Source: the human T2T-CHM13v2.0 reference genome, Homo sapiens
DNA length: 64,000 nt
Reading direction: 5' to 3' (one strand)
Assembly (NCBI RefSeq): GCF_009914755.1
Contig: NC_060925.1
Made by a program: the position numbers and the translations under genes. The notes under the pieces are model-generated. The model was not told the DNA's origin. It did no database searches and saw only the letters and a list, made by a program, of their open reading frames with translations. Positions 52,321 through 64,000 of this stretch are shown piece by piece. Position 1 is the stretch's first letter. Every line of letters starts with the position of its first letter.

Positions 52321-52649
52321 TTAAAGAGGCACTTAAAAGGAATCAAAGAAACAGTGGCTTAAACAAAAAATAAATGTAACCTGCATAAAATTCAGAAACA
52401 AGCAGGTCAAAGCTACCCAAGAGCGACTCCTTTCCACCAAATCCTGAGAGACCTACGGTCCTTAGATCTCATTGTTCCACATTTCCTGGACCTCAGTCCC
52501 AAAATTATTTCACAGACCAACATGGACCTTCGGCAATCAGATCAAAGTCTCAAGCAGCAGGATGGAAACCAGACGTTTTCAGGCTTCAGACTGCAATGCT
52601 TCATGACATACTCTGAATGTCAATGTTTGGTTAACATTGGCTGGAATAT

Positions 52650-53750
52650 TTGTGACAAAGAAATCCAAAGTCAACAGACAAGAAAAGCCATCAAAAAGAT
52701 CTACATGGTGATGATAAACAAGAATTTTTTTTGGCAGATTGTACATGCTAGGAAATAAAAGCTGTGAGTAGAATTTAGGAAACATTTACAGAATTCAATA
52801 GGAATCATCATAAAAAGGAAAAAAAATGGAAGAAAAGGTATAAATGTAGAAAGGTCAGATTCAGCAAGTTCAAACTATGAGTCATAAACATTTTTGGAAG
52901 AAGGAACAACATAGATATAATAAAAAGAAAAAATGAAAAAATTGAAGAAATTATTCTTAATTCTAAAGAGATTATTTGTTCCAATAACCAACCAAGTGTA
53001 CATATCATTTCTGAGCCCAGCTTAAAAAGAACACCATACTTCAAAATGATCTGGTGAAATTCGAAACTTCAAAGACATAGAAGAATTCTGCAGGCATCTA
53101 AGAGGCAAAAAAGCAGTTTCATTACAAGAAAAGAAAAATCAGGCATGCTTCCATGTTGGTGCAACGCTAAAGGACAGAAAAAATTGGAGCAACAATCACA
53201 GTGTCCCAAAGAAAAATGTTTTGACTCAAGAATTATATTTCCAGCCAATTTGTCATTGATTTATGAACCCAGGACAAAGCAATTCCTTGATGTGCAAGTG
53301 CTTAATACTATGCCATCCAGTTTGTGTTCTTTTCAGGGTAAACTATTAAACTGCCAGAAGATCTATTACAAAATGATGAAATATGAATCAAATTATAATG
53401 ACAACATCGTAGCTGAAAATAACTGACAGGTTGAGCAGTAAAATCTGTTAACTATATTGAGATAAATTTTAATATTGGTTTTAGTATAGTTAAGATTTGG
53501 TAATAGTTTTTCTTTAAAAATTGAAAAAAGTTAAAGTCACAGAGTTCATAATTTCAAATGAGAAACAAGTACTGAGCAGGTGTATGTGACAAGGGGAGGA
53601 TTGAGAAAGTCTTCACAATGTTCACATTCACAAAAGGAAGTGGAAACTATTTAAATTAATTCCAATGATAAATGTAACCATGTCTTTATAAAATTTTAAG
53701 GTAAACATCAGTAGAAACAAAAGTAAAAGTCAAGCCATTGTAGAAACAGT
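52650..53750 (+). mobile_element. HAL1 / L1 ORF1 remnant
   Basis: ORF 53145-53426 contains FDSRIIFPANLSLIYE...KQFLDVQVL, resembling the L1 ORF1p C-terminal FQPRISYPAKLSF..E...K.F.DKQML. Confidence 0.65.
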
Positions 53751-54739
53751 AGATTCAGAGCATTCAGCAAAGTTTGAGACATGATTATGGGTGCCTTGCT
53801 TCACCTCCCCACCTCCCCACAATTGATCCTAATCTATCTGCCTGTCTTAGAATCTGCTTTGGTTCCAAAAAAGAGCATTTATGTGGGGCTTTGTTTTTTT
53901 CAAGTTGGCAAGTACCTAAAGACCCACATCAAACAGTGCCAAGGTAACAATTACAAGGTACTGGATCTTTGGAATAACCTGGCCCATAGAGGGGTATGGC
54001 TCTCTCAGGATAAGTTGAAAATTGGTCTCACTTCAGTGTTTATTGTACCTGCTTTCAGGAGGTCGTGAAACAGCTGAATAGGTGGACTGCATCTTCTTGC
54101 ACCTGAGGCCTGACTGTATGTGCATATAAACACTACTTCTCTGTCTCTACTTTTGGAAACTCCACCAGTTAGGATCCTAGCCTATAACAATCAGACTAAT
54201 TACCAATGAGTCTAGGAAGAAAAACAATCGTATATCTTTAGGTGCTCAGCAACCTGAGATAATTATCAGTCAGAGCAGATAAACCACAGGCCCATTGATT
54301 TACAACTGTTAGAAAAGATAGGCATGAACTAACAAAGGAACAAAGGAAAACACCTTAGAAGCTGCAAGTGTAGCATTCAGGTAAACACATGCATGTCAAC
54401 ACACACATACATGGACTTGCTAGACCTAACATAATGATTTACTGTCTGAATGATTTGTAAAAGAAAAGTGTGAGTATGGCTGAAATGTGAGTATTGACTT
54501 GGAAAAGTAAATAAATACATCCTGATTTTAAAAGTCAAAGCACAGTAACACAAAGAATTAACAAAAAGAGAGAACATAAAGAGAGCCGGATGGAATGAGA
54601 TATGAGACTTGCAAGGTAGATACGGGGAACCTAGCATGAGATTAATCAAAGTTCCAAAAAGATGCAAAGGAACACATGGATGATGGACAATAATTAAACA
54701 AATCATTGAAGAAGTTCCCAAAGTTGAGGAAAGAACTGA

Positions 54740-55118
<379 letters not shown>

Positions 55119-55615
55119 TTTTTTTGGATTTTAAAAATAATGACAACATGTTACATTCTTCTGAAGAAAAAGGACATGTTTCTGGCAAAGGCGAAAGAAT
55201 CAGACTGGCATCGGATTTCTTATCTGCCACATTGTAAATTACAAGGGAACATTATTTACAGACTTCTGAGAGCCAGGAATTCAATCCAATAGTCCTATAA
55301 TCAGATTAATTATTTTTCACCTGCTGGGATACATATATTTGTACATATGCAATAATTAAAAAAAAACTCGGCACCCAAATCTAAATAAATAATTGAGAAA
55401 AATTATTTCTAAACAACCAATACTTCATAATAGATACCTTAAAATGTAAGAAGTATTCAGAGCTACATGATGAAGAAATATAAAGAAACAAATAGGTCAG
55501 TGGAAATAAAACAACAATTAGTAATGACTCTAATACATATGGAAATTTAACATGATTAAAGTGGCATTTCTGTTCAAAAAAAAAAAAGTAGAATCTTTAC
55601 AAAATTGTGTTATTT

Positions 55616-55936
<321 letters not shown>

Positions 55937-56849
55937 TTATTTAAATATTGTTAAATAGTCAGTTACTTAGAAGATAACAGAATTAAACCCTATTTTTTAC
56001 CTTATCAAATGAAATTGTAGCTACATTAAAATATTGAAAATATAAAATAAACAAGAAATATTTTGAAAAATATCTAAGAGGTTACATATAAAATCCAGAG
56101 GCTGGAGACATTTGCTTCCTAAAACTAGAAATGTAGAGACTATAAACCAAAAGAGACATTTAACTAAATAAAATTTTTTTAAATTTTTGAATGGCAAGTG
56201 ATACCATCGGTAAAATCATAGACAAAGACACAGATTCAAAGAAGTTATAACACAGAAGAAAGGCAGAGAGTAGTATCTACAATATATAGAGATCTCTTAT
56301 AAATTTGCTAAGTAGGCATAAAAATTCTATTTGAAAAATTAAGCTGACAATGTGGAGAGTAATTTATAGATGAGTAAATCAAAATGGCTGGTAAACATAT
56401 AAAGTTTCCCAAGCACATCAGTAGTCCAAAACGGGCAAAAAAGTATTAATAAGATATCACCTTACATCTATCAGAGAAGAAAATATTAAAATAACTGAGA
56501 ATACTGTCCATGGTGGGTATGTGAAAAAATAAAAGGCTGTCTCATATGCTATGAGTAGATAAATGGATGGGTAGAGTCTTTAAAACAATCATTCAACTTT
56601 TGTTAAAGTACCTATCCAGTTTAACACGTCCATCTCTCTTCTAGGAAGCTCTTTCTTTGTAAGAAAATAAAAATCACATAAGGATTTATGGAGCTAGATG
56701 TTGTCAGTATAAAATGGGAGAAAATATGCAAATAAAATTCTAAACACGGTGAATAAATGACCTTCCCTAAGGAAATGGTTCAATACATTATGTTAGAGAC
56801 ACAAAACAGACTAAAAGGAATTATAAAACTTAAGAAATAAATGGTCATC

Positions 56850-56933
56850 AATAATGGGACAGATAGACATCATGTTCGTTTTGATGTGATAAATAATGGG
56901 ACAAATAGACATCATGTCCATTTTGATGTGATA
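56850..56933. repeat. Tandem duplication, 2 x 42 bp (39/42 identical)
   Basis: aataatgggacagatagacatcatgttcgttttgatgtgata / aataatgggacaaatagacatcatgtccattttgatgtgata. Confidence 0.95.
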
Positions 56934-56971
56934 CTGAGAATAATCTAATGCCACCTACATGGTATTCCTGC

Positions 56972-57071
56972 CCAAAATGTTTAACCAAACATTTTGGTTA
57001 AATGTTTGGTTAACCAAACGATTAGATGATGTTTAATCAAATCATCTAATCGTATGATTAGAATCATACGA
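56972..57071. repeat. Cluster of five overlapping perfect inverted repeats
   Basis: Stems 56972-82/56987-97, 56981-94/57000-13, palindrome 57004-19, 57018-30/57041-53 and 57050-59/57062-71. Confidence 0.95.
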
Positions 57072-57136
57072 AACAAATTGAGAGATATTTTTCATTCTAA
57101 CACAATTGACCTGAACTCTTAAAAAAAGTCAGTGTT

Positions 57137-57427
57137 GGCCAAACGCGGTGGCTCATATCTGTAATCCCAGCATTTTGGGAGGTCGAGGCAGGTGGATGGA
57201 TCTCTTGAGTGCAGGAATTCAAGACTAGCCAGAGCAATATGCGGAAACCGCATCTACCAAAAACAAAAAATTACAAAAATTAGCCTGGTGTGGTGCCGAG
57301 CCTGTAGTCCCAGCTACTTGGGAGGCTGAGGTGGTAGGATTGCTTGAGTTCAGGATGTCAAGGCTGCAGAGAGCTGTGCCACTGCACTCCAGCCTGGGCA
57401 ACACAGTGAGACCCTGCCTAAAACAAC
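57137..57427 (+). mobile_element. AluJ
   Basis: J diagnostics aggattgcttgag...aggctgcag...gagaccctg. TSD aaaaaagtcagtgtt / aaaaaaggcaatgtc. Confidence 0.93.
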
Positions 57428-57693
57428 AAAAAAGGCAATGTCATGAAAGACAAAGCAGATTAGATAAGTATTCTATATCCAAGAAGACTATAACAATGAT
57501 AACTAAATGTAATGCATGATCCTTGATTGAATGCTATTATAGATGGAAAACAAAGCTATAAATGGATGTAAGTGGTACAACTGAGAACATTTGCATAAGG
57601 ATTGTTTTAGATAGTAGCATTGATGCTAAATTTATTGAGTGTGATCATTGTTTTGTGGTTACATAGAGGATTGTCATTATTCTTAGGAGATAC

Positions 57694-58026
57694 TTTTTTT
57701 TAACTTTTATTTTAAGTTTTGGGGTTACATGTGCATTTTTTTTTACAGGTACACTCCTGTCACGGAGGTTTGTTGCTCAGATTATTTAATCACCCAGGTA
57801 CTAAGTCTAGTACCCGATAGTTATTTTTTCTGCTCTTCTCCCTCCTTCCATCCTCCTCCCTGAAGAAGGCCCCAGTGTGTGTTGTTCCCTTCTTTGTGTT
57901 CGTGAGTTCTCATCATTTAGCTCCCACTTATGAGTGAGAAAGTGTGGTATTTGGTTTTCTGTTCCTGAGTTAGTTTGCTAAGGATAATAGCCTCCAGCTC
58001 CATCCGTGTTTCCACCAAAGACATGA
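57694..58026 (-). mobile_element. L1PA15/16-like 3' end
   Basis: cagattattt-atcacccaggtactaag...gttctcatcatttagctcccactta. TSD AGGAGATAC / AGGAAATAC. Confidence 0.88.
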
Positions 58027-58896
58027 AGGAAATACATATTAAAATATTTAGGCCTGAAGTTTATTAGTGTTATCAACTCTCAAATGGTTTATTCTATTAT
58101 TCTTGCAACTTTTCTGTGAGCTTAAAATTCTTCAAAATAAAAAGAAAAAAAATGAGGAAATTGGAAAATTTATTTAAAAATTATCTTTCAAAAAACAAAA
58201 CAAAACCTTCACTATGTTTTTACCCAATTATAAAACTGTGGTGAGAGGGCAGAATTGGTTTCTAGTCCTTGGGAAACTACCAGGCTCTCCCTTGGGAAAA
58301 TAAAAAATGTGGCTTCATTATGCAGAGAGGAGAAATAAGAGGGAGGGGCGAGCTCAGAGCTAAGCCTCTGCCTTTTCCATCTCCACCCCGACCTCTACTG
58401 CATCACCAGCTAGATTTCTTTTTTCTTTCCTATGCTGATAAAAGTACAATGTAAATTCCAGATACATAAAGTGAATACCTCTAAATGTACCTACTTAGGT
58501 GAGTGTAAAACTGATCTTGAGCCAGTCAAGTCTCTCCTAGTGATTTTTGAGAAAAATCACTGTGACCGTGCCAACGAATGTAAAAGGAAAGAAAGCAACA
58601 GCAAACACTAGGTCTTACAAGTGCTTAGTTGTGTTGCCATAATAATATTCTATAAATAATCAAGTTAATAATAAATTTACTGAACTTGTACCCTATGAGA
58701 AGTGAGATAATTCATTTGGAAATTCACCAGGTTTTCTTTAAGAAAATGGATACTACATATGTATATATTCCCTGACACCTGACACGTCTGAGATCATGTA
58801 TGCCAAATTTTAGCCTGGAGGTAATTTTTACCAAGAAGTTATAAACCTCTGAAAATAGAGGTTAATAGGAAAAGCTAAAACATCCTTAATGACAAG

Positions 58897-58910
58897 GTTG
58901 CTATGGCAAC
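58897..58910. promoter_or_regulatory. RFX X-box
   Basis: GTTGCTATGGCAAC matches the canonical GTTGCYATGGCAAC and lies in unique sequence. Confidence 0.6.
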
Positions 58911-60099
58911 AATATAAGCTTACCAGTAGCATCAAATATGTGTTGCATTTAGGTCTCCATGTCTCCTTTGATAAGTTTTCCCTGAGTGAAATAAAAGCAT
59001 CAGTTGACTAGCACGGGAAGACTTTTTTCCTATGTCATAGAATCAGTGACTTACTGTGTAATTAGGTGAGCTAGTCAGATGGGAAGAAGATAGAAAAAGA
59101 AAGAACACAGATATGCCCAAACCAATGTTAACTAGGAGGTCGCTATAACCCAGTGCATGGTGACTTAACAGTTTTAAAAAGGAAGATCAAGGCAGAAAAT
59201 TAAAAAGTAAACAGTTGAATTAGTATGGAAAAAGTAATCATGCAGTCATTTCTTTTAGAAATGGCCCAAACAATAGGCCAGACATATTTCTAGATTTTTA
59301 CAAATTTGTTTTTAGTAATTCTAGCGCAGTGGTTCACAGAGTGTGGTCCACAGTGTTCCTCCAGGTGGTCAGTAACCTGGTCTCTTGTGGGGCTGACATT
59401 TCTCGTGTGAATATGTGGTCCTTCTGTTTCTGGCAACTATTAAAAATGTACTTATTTTATGTAATCAAAACCAGCCATAATTTTAGGAGCATCTCATTCA
59501 AAACTTCATTGTTCCTCTCATCAATTCCACAAAATGATTCTGGGCATTGCAAGCAGAATGGGGGGAATAACTGATCTAAATTGTTTTTTATTTTTACCTG
59601 ATGGGAATCAGTCATTTTAGAGTAATACTAACATATTGGCATGAGTTTTTATCCCTTTATCTGCATTTCATAATCTCAAGAGGCATCAGGAAAAGTGAAG
59701 GGATTCAAATTTTGTAGATAATAAGACTTGAAAGAGCAAAAACCAAATTGTTCCCTTCAGACACAAAACATTGATGGCTAGATTTTCTCTTCAAGGGCAG
59801 ACACACCACACAGAGTCCAATTCTAGGGCCTAACTCACCTTTAGGTATTTCCATCCTTCTGGAAAGTGAGTGACTCTTTTATGCCTCTGTTCAGTTCTTA
59901 AACCAAAAAAAAAAAAAAGAAAAAAAAAGGCAGTGGAGTCTTTCATCATCTATAACTGGAGGACAAATTGGTGGGTCACTTCCACCTGATAAATGTCCAC
60001 TGACCAAGGAGCACTGTCATTGGCAAATTATGCTCTTCTCTGAGGAAAATACAATCAGAATACTTGCCAGGCTCAAATATGAACATGAGAGGGGAAAAT

Positions 60100-60315
60100 A
60101 TTGTGTAGTGAAAAGACCATGGGCTCTGGGTTTGAATCCTGGCTATGTTCACTGGTTGTGTGTCTCTAAGCAAGCTACTTAAATCACTGAGTTGCAGTTT
60201 TGTCATCTGCAGTGTGGATTAACTGATACTTAACTCACAGATGCCCTGAGAATTAAGTGAAACAAGAAATATTAAGACTTCAATAGAGTTTATATAGGCA
60301 TGTAGCAGAATTCTA

Positions 60316-60317
<2 letters not shown>
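60100..60317 (+). mobile_element. MIR SINE
   Basis: ctgggtttgaatcctggct...gcaagctacttaaatcactgag...cagttttgtcatctgca. Confidence 0.8.

Positions 60318-60318
<1 letters not shown>

Positions 60319-60364
<46 letters not shown>
60319..60364. repeat. (TA)23 microsatellite
   Basis: Direct count. Confidence 0.95.
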
Positions 60365-60369
<5 letters not shown>

Positions 60370-61037
60370 GTTTTAAGTTACTTCTGCATAAGTTTTCATT
60401 CATATGTGGACATGTCTCCTCTGCCATTAAAACATGCTAGAAGTCACCTCTTCATATGCAGAACGCCATTTATAGCTATTCAAAACCAATCAGTGTCAAC
60501 CTACCTATGCAAGAACATCCTAATGATAAAGTAAATAATAAGGTATCTCAGACTTGGGTAAGAAAAATTGACATAATCACATCATTAGAAATATCAGGCT
60601 TGAATATTGGGATTTGAATAATTCAAATAAGATAGTAAACACAGCAAAGCTTTTTTTTTAACCCAGACAAGAATAAACTTTTATATATTTAGAAACATAA
60701 TCCATAGCTAATGAGCCCAGTAGTTTAGAATCCGTTAAGTAGGTTTCTCTAAGAAGGAGATGTTGATATAAACAAATATACTAAACAACTGTCATTAGGG
60801 AAGTGCCAGTTATAATGAATCATATCGCATAGGCCCATTCCAACATTTGTATTTAAGTGAAATCATGTTAAGTGAACATCAGGTTGGGTTTTCATAGAAA
60901 CGCAAGTCATGAAGCAATTCACTTGAGGAGACAGTGAAGGGGGTTCTAGCTATAATCCATAGAGCTAGTATCAAAGATCATGGGCAGACAGCATCTGCAG
61001 ATGAGACTTGATTCGTCTACTCATCTAAGAGGGTGAC

Positions 61038-61119
61038 TTTTTTTTTTTTGAGATGGAGTCTTACTCTGTTGCCCAAGCTGGGGTGCAGTGGCATGATCTC
61101 AGCTCACTGCAACCTCTAC
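61038..61119 (-). mobile_element. 5'-truncated Alu (last ~70 nt of the right arm plus tail)
   Basis: Flanked by the duplication CTAAGAGGGTGAC(T)n / CTAGGAGGGTGAC(T)n. Confidence 0.85.
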
Positions 61120-61132
61120 CTAGGAGGGTGAC

Positions 61133-62067
61133 TTTTTTTATTTTTATTTTATTTTTTTTATACTTTAAGTTCTAGGGTACAGGTGCACAACATACAGGTT
61201 TTTTATATACATATACATGTGCCATGTTGGTGTGCTGCACCCATCGACTCGTCATTTACATTAGGTATATCTCGTAATGCTATCCCTCCCTGCTTCCCAC
61301 ACAACAGGCCCTGGTGTGTGATGTTCCCCATCCTGTGTCCAAGTGTTCTCATTGTTGAATTCCCACCTATGAGTGAGAACATGCGGTGTTTGGTTTTTTG
61401 TCCTTGCAATAATTTGCTGAGAATGATGGTTTCCAGCTTCATCCATCCATGTCCCTACAAAGGGCATGAACTCATCATTTTTTATGGCTGCATAGTATTC
61501 TATGGTATATATGTGCCACATTTTCTTAATCTAGTCTATCATTGATGGACATGTGGGTTGGTTCCAAGTCTTTGCTATTGTGAATAGTACCACAATAAAT
61601 ATATATGTGTGTGTGTGTATTTTTAGCAGCATGATTTATAATACTTTGGGTATATATCCAGTAGTGGGATTGCTGGGTCAAATGGTATTTCTAGTTCTAG
61701 ATCCTTGAGGAATCACCACACTGTCTTCAACAATGGTTGAACTAGTTGACAGTCCCACCAACAGTGTAAAAGTGTTCCTATTTCTCCACATCCTCTCCAG
61801 CACCTGTTGTTTCCTGACTTTTTAATGATCGCCATTCTAACTGGTGTGAGGTGGTATCTCATTGTGGTTTTGATTTGCATTTTTCTGATGGCCAGTGATG
61901 ATGAGTATTTTTTCATGTGTCTGTTGGCTGCAGAAATGTCTTCTTTTGAGAAGTGTCTGTTCATATCCTTTGCCCACTTTTTGATGGGGTTGTTTGTTTT
62001 TTTCTTGTAAATTTGTTTGAGTTCTTTGTAGATTCTGGATATTAGCCCTTTGTCAGATGAGTAGATT
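61133..62067 (-). mobile_element. L1PA4/5-like 3' end including the ORF2 C-terminal CCHC region
   Basis: Translation [17 protein letters not shown]...[16 protein letters not shown] is L1 ORF2p; standard L1PA 3' UTR. Confidence 0.95.
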
Positions 62068-62200
62068 TTTTTAATTTTTTGTAGAGATGGGGGTCTCGCT
62101 TTGTTACCCAGGCTAGTCTCGAACTTGTGGGCTCGACTGATTCTCCCGCTTTGGCCTCCCAAAGTGCTGGGATTACAGGAGTGAACCACTGCACGCGACC
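62068..62200 (-). mobile_element. FLAM/AluJ left monomer abutting the L1 5' truncation point
   Basis: ttttgtagagatgggggtctcgc...gggctcgactgattctcccgc...gctgggattacagg. Confidence 0.88.
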
Positions 62201-62639
62201 ACTTATTTCTGTTTTTGATGGGATGCAGGCACCTCTATAGGTAGTGCAAAAATAGGAAAAGGGTTACTTTGGGAAGCCCATTTTAGTGACTGCACTTCCG
62301 CCTTCTGTAACTGGAAAATAATGTGCCTTAAATCAAGTGGTACTTCTAAAAGAATGTCTGGCACGATAGAATCAAGAGTGTGCGTGCATGATATTAAGTG
62401 GTTGGTATTGTTTACATCTTGGAAGCCAGGAATAGCTCACCATGAGCTTGATAAATTAGGGAAATTGGCAGAAATAACTAGGGGAAAATAAAATAAAGTA
62501 TAATAAGAGGTAGAGGCTTAAGGAAATTAGTAATTTTTACTGCTGCTTCAGGGTAAGATATGACACTCAGAAGCCAGAAGCAAAAGGCAGAGATTAAAGA
62601 TAGGTTCTGTCTGCTTCAGCGTGACTACAACAGAAAGTC

Positions 62640-63200
62640 TGGAGGGATTGCAAACCTAAGATGAATACCAGTCAGCAAAACAGTGCTGTTATTTAAAAGC
62701 CTAACATGGTAATATATTAACGTAAATATGACATGCCAAGCCCAGGAAGTAAGATTTCGTTTCTACGGCACTGGTGAAGACCTTATTAACGGATAGTGTC
62801 TAGTTTTGTTCTCAACACTTTAGGGGAATGTGGCAAAACTGGAGAGAGTCCAACAAAGAGCAACAAAAATGATAAAAAGGTAAGAAAATAAAGGCTGAGA
62901 GGAAAGGTTAATAACTAGGATTGTTTAGCCTGAAGGAGCAAGAAGGCTGGAGGGTGACTTAAAATCTGTTTAAATACACGCCTGGCCATTGATAATGAGC
63001 ATGCTGACTAGCTGTTCCTCATGGACCTAATGAGAGAGTGAGGAGAGTGAGGAAGGCAGATTTATACTACAGCCTTAGATTTCTGTTTGATATAGGAAAA
63101 CATTTTTTGAAGGGAGAAGAAAATGTTTTACACAGAAGCACTATATGAAGAGAATTGATGCAATTACTTTTGTTCAGGGTATCTAAGACAGCAACACAAT
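62640..63200 (+). mobile_element. L3/CR1 LINE 3' region
   Basis: aaactggagagagtccaacaaagagcaacaaaaatgataaaa...gaggaaaggtta...tgtttagcctgaag...agaaggctggagggtgactta. Confidence 0.8.
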
Positions 63201-63559
63201 GAGCATTTACCTGGTCTTAGAGTCAGGGAGCTGAGCCAGCCATAGAGTTTAGTTAGCCACTTTTACTTTCAGAAGGGATAAATGAAAAAAGGTTTAGTGG
63301 ATATAGTTTATAAGGCTGCTGCCACAGGGGGAAAATCCATTTTTATAGTCATTAAACTCATTTTTCTTGGAAATACAAATACAAAAACTTTCAACTCCAG
63401 TTTTGTATTTGTGATTCGGGTAGAAAAGAAAACAGAGGAAGGTAATTTGGATTTTAATCTCTGCTCTCTCTCTTGCCCTGGTGAGATAGGAAGCTCTAAT
63501 AGTGCCCAATGTTCAACCAAAATATTGGTTTTTGCCCTGGGGCCAGTTCTAGTCTAGAG

Positions 63560-64000
63560 CAGCAGATCTCAAAATGTGGTCCACAAAACCCCTGGGTGTA
63601 GCTGAGATATTTTCAGGAGTCTGCAAGGTCAAAACTATTTTTATATAAACACTAAGATGTTTTTTGTGGTTTCCACTGTAATAATTTTTGCACTGATGAA
63701 GTAAAAGCAACAGAGTATAAAATTGCTGGTGTCCTATTAGGAATTAAGGCAGTACCATCAAACCATAATAGTAGTCATCATATTCTTCACAGATAGATAG
63801 GTTCTTGCTGTAAAAAAAAAAAAAAGTGGTTATTTCACCAAAAAATGTTGTTGAAGCAGCAGTAAGAATTACTAATTTCCTTAGGCCTCTACCTCTTATT
63901 ATATTTCCCTTAATTTTTTTGTGGGCAAAATGGGAAGTATGAAAAACAAATTCTGCTCCACAAGGAAGCATGATGATTGACTCAGGAAAAAGCACGTGGA
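63560..64000 (+). mobile_element. Charlie1a-like hAT DNA transposon (runs off the window end)
   Basis: 5' end cagcagatctcaaaatgtggtcc...aggtcaaaactattt preceded by the Charlie-type target GTCTAGAG. Degenerate transposase segments tttgcactgatg, agtagtcat-atattcttcac, aaatgggaagta. Confidence 0.8.

Noticed and set aside
53145-53426. ORF1p-like peptide as a domesticated gene
   Set aside because: Short and surrounded by stops and frameshifts; ordinary decayed HAL1/L1
61713-62189. 158-aa ORF as a real protein-coding gene
   Set aside because: It is an Alu arm plus an L1 ORF2 fragment with a GTG start; recorded only as a junction curiosity

Overview
This is primate (human or great-ape-like) genomic DNA: AT-rich, CpG-depleted, and carrying AluJ/S/Y, L1PA/PB/M, HAL1, L2, L3/CR1, MIR, MaLR/ERVL LTRs and hAT DNA transposons. 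I find no protein-coding exon, rRNA, tRNA or CRISPR array. The listed ORFs are chance frames or transposon debris. The window looks like a long intron or gene desert. The flanks (about 0.4-16.6 kb and 44-64 kb) are repeat-rich, while the centre has long repeat-poor blocks (about 16.6-25.6, 30.3-35.8 and 36.9-44.1 kb) with enhancer- or promoter-like sequence. I cannot name the locus. The strongest observations are: (1) seven perfect TGACAG (MEIS/PKNOX/TGIF) sites in about 500 bp beside a candidate minus-strand GC-box/TATA promoter and non-coding exon; (2) a 100-bp knot of overlapping perfect inverted repeats at 56972-57071 that reads like a serial fold-back template-switch scar, with a smaller one at 16869-16924; (3) a retrotransposition product with only 5 nt of Alu plus poly(A) and a 16-bp target-site duplication (TSD); (4) a stacked Alu-monomer/L1/truncated-Alu insertion; (5) a complete two-LTR MaLR provirus nested in L2; (6) a probable ancient Deu-domain SINE. 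I see no support for a new multi-gene biological system. Repeat subfamily names come from remembered consensus sequences and need RepeatMasker/Dfam confirmation. Boundaries of old repeats are approximate.
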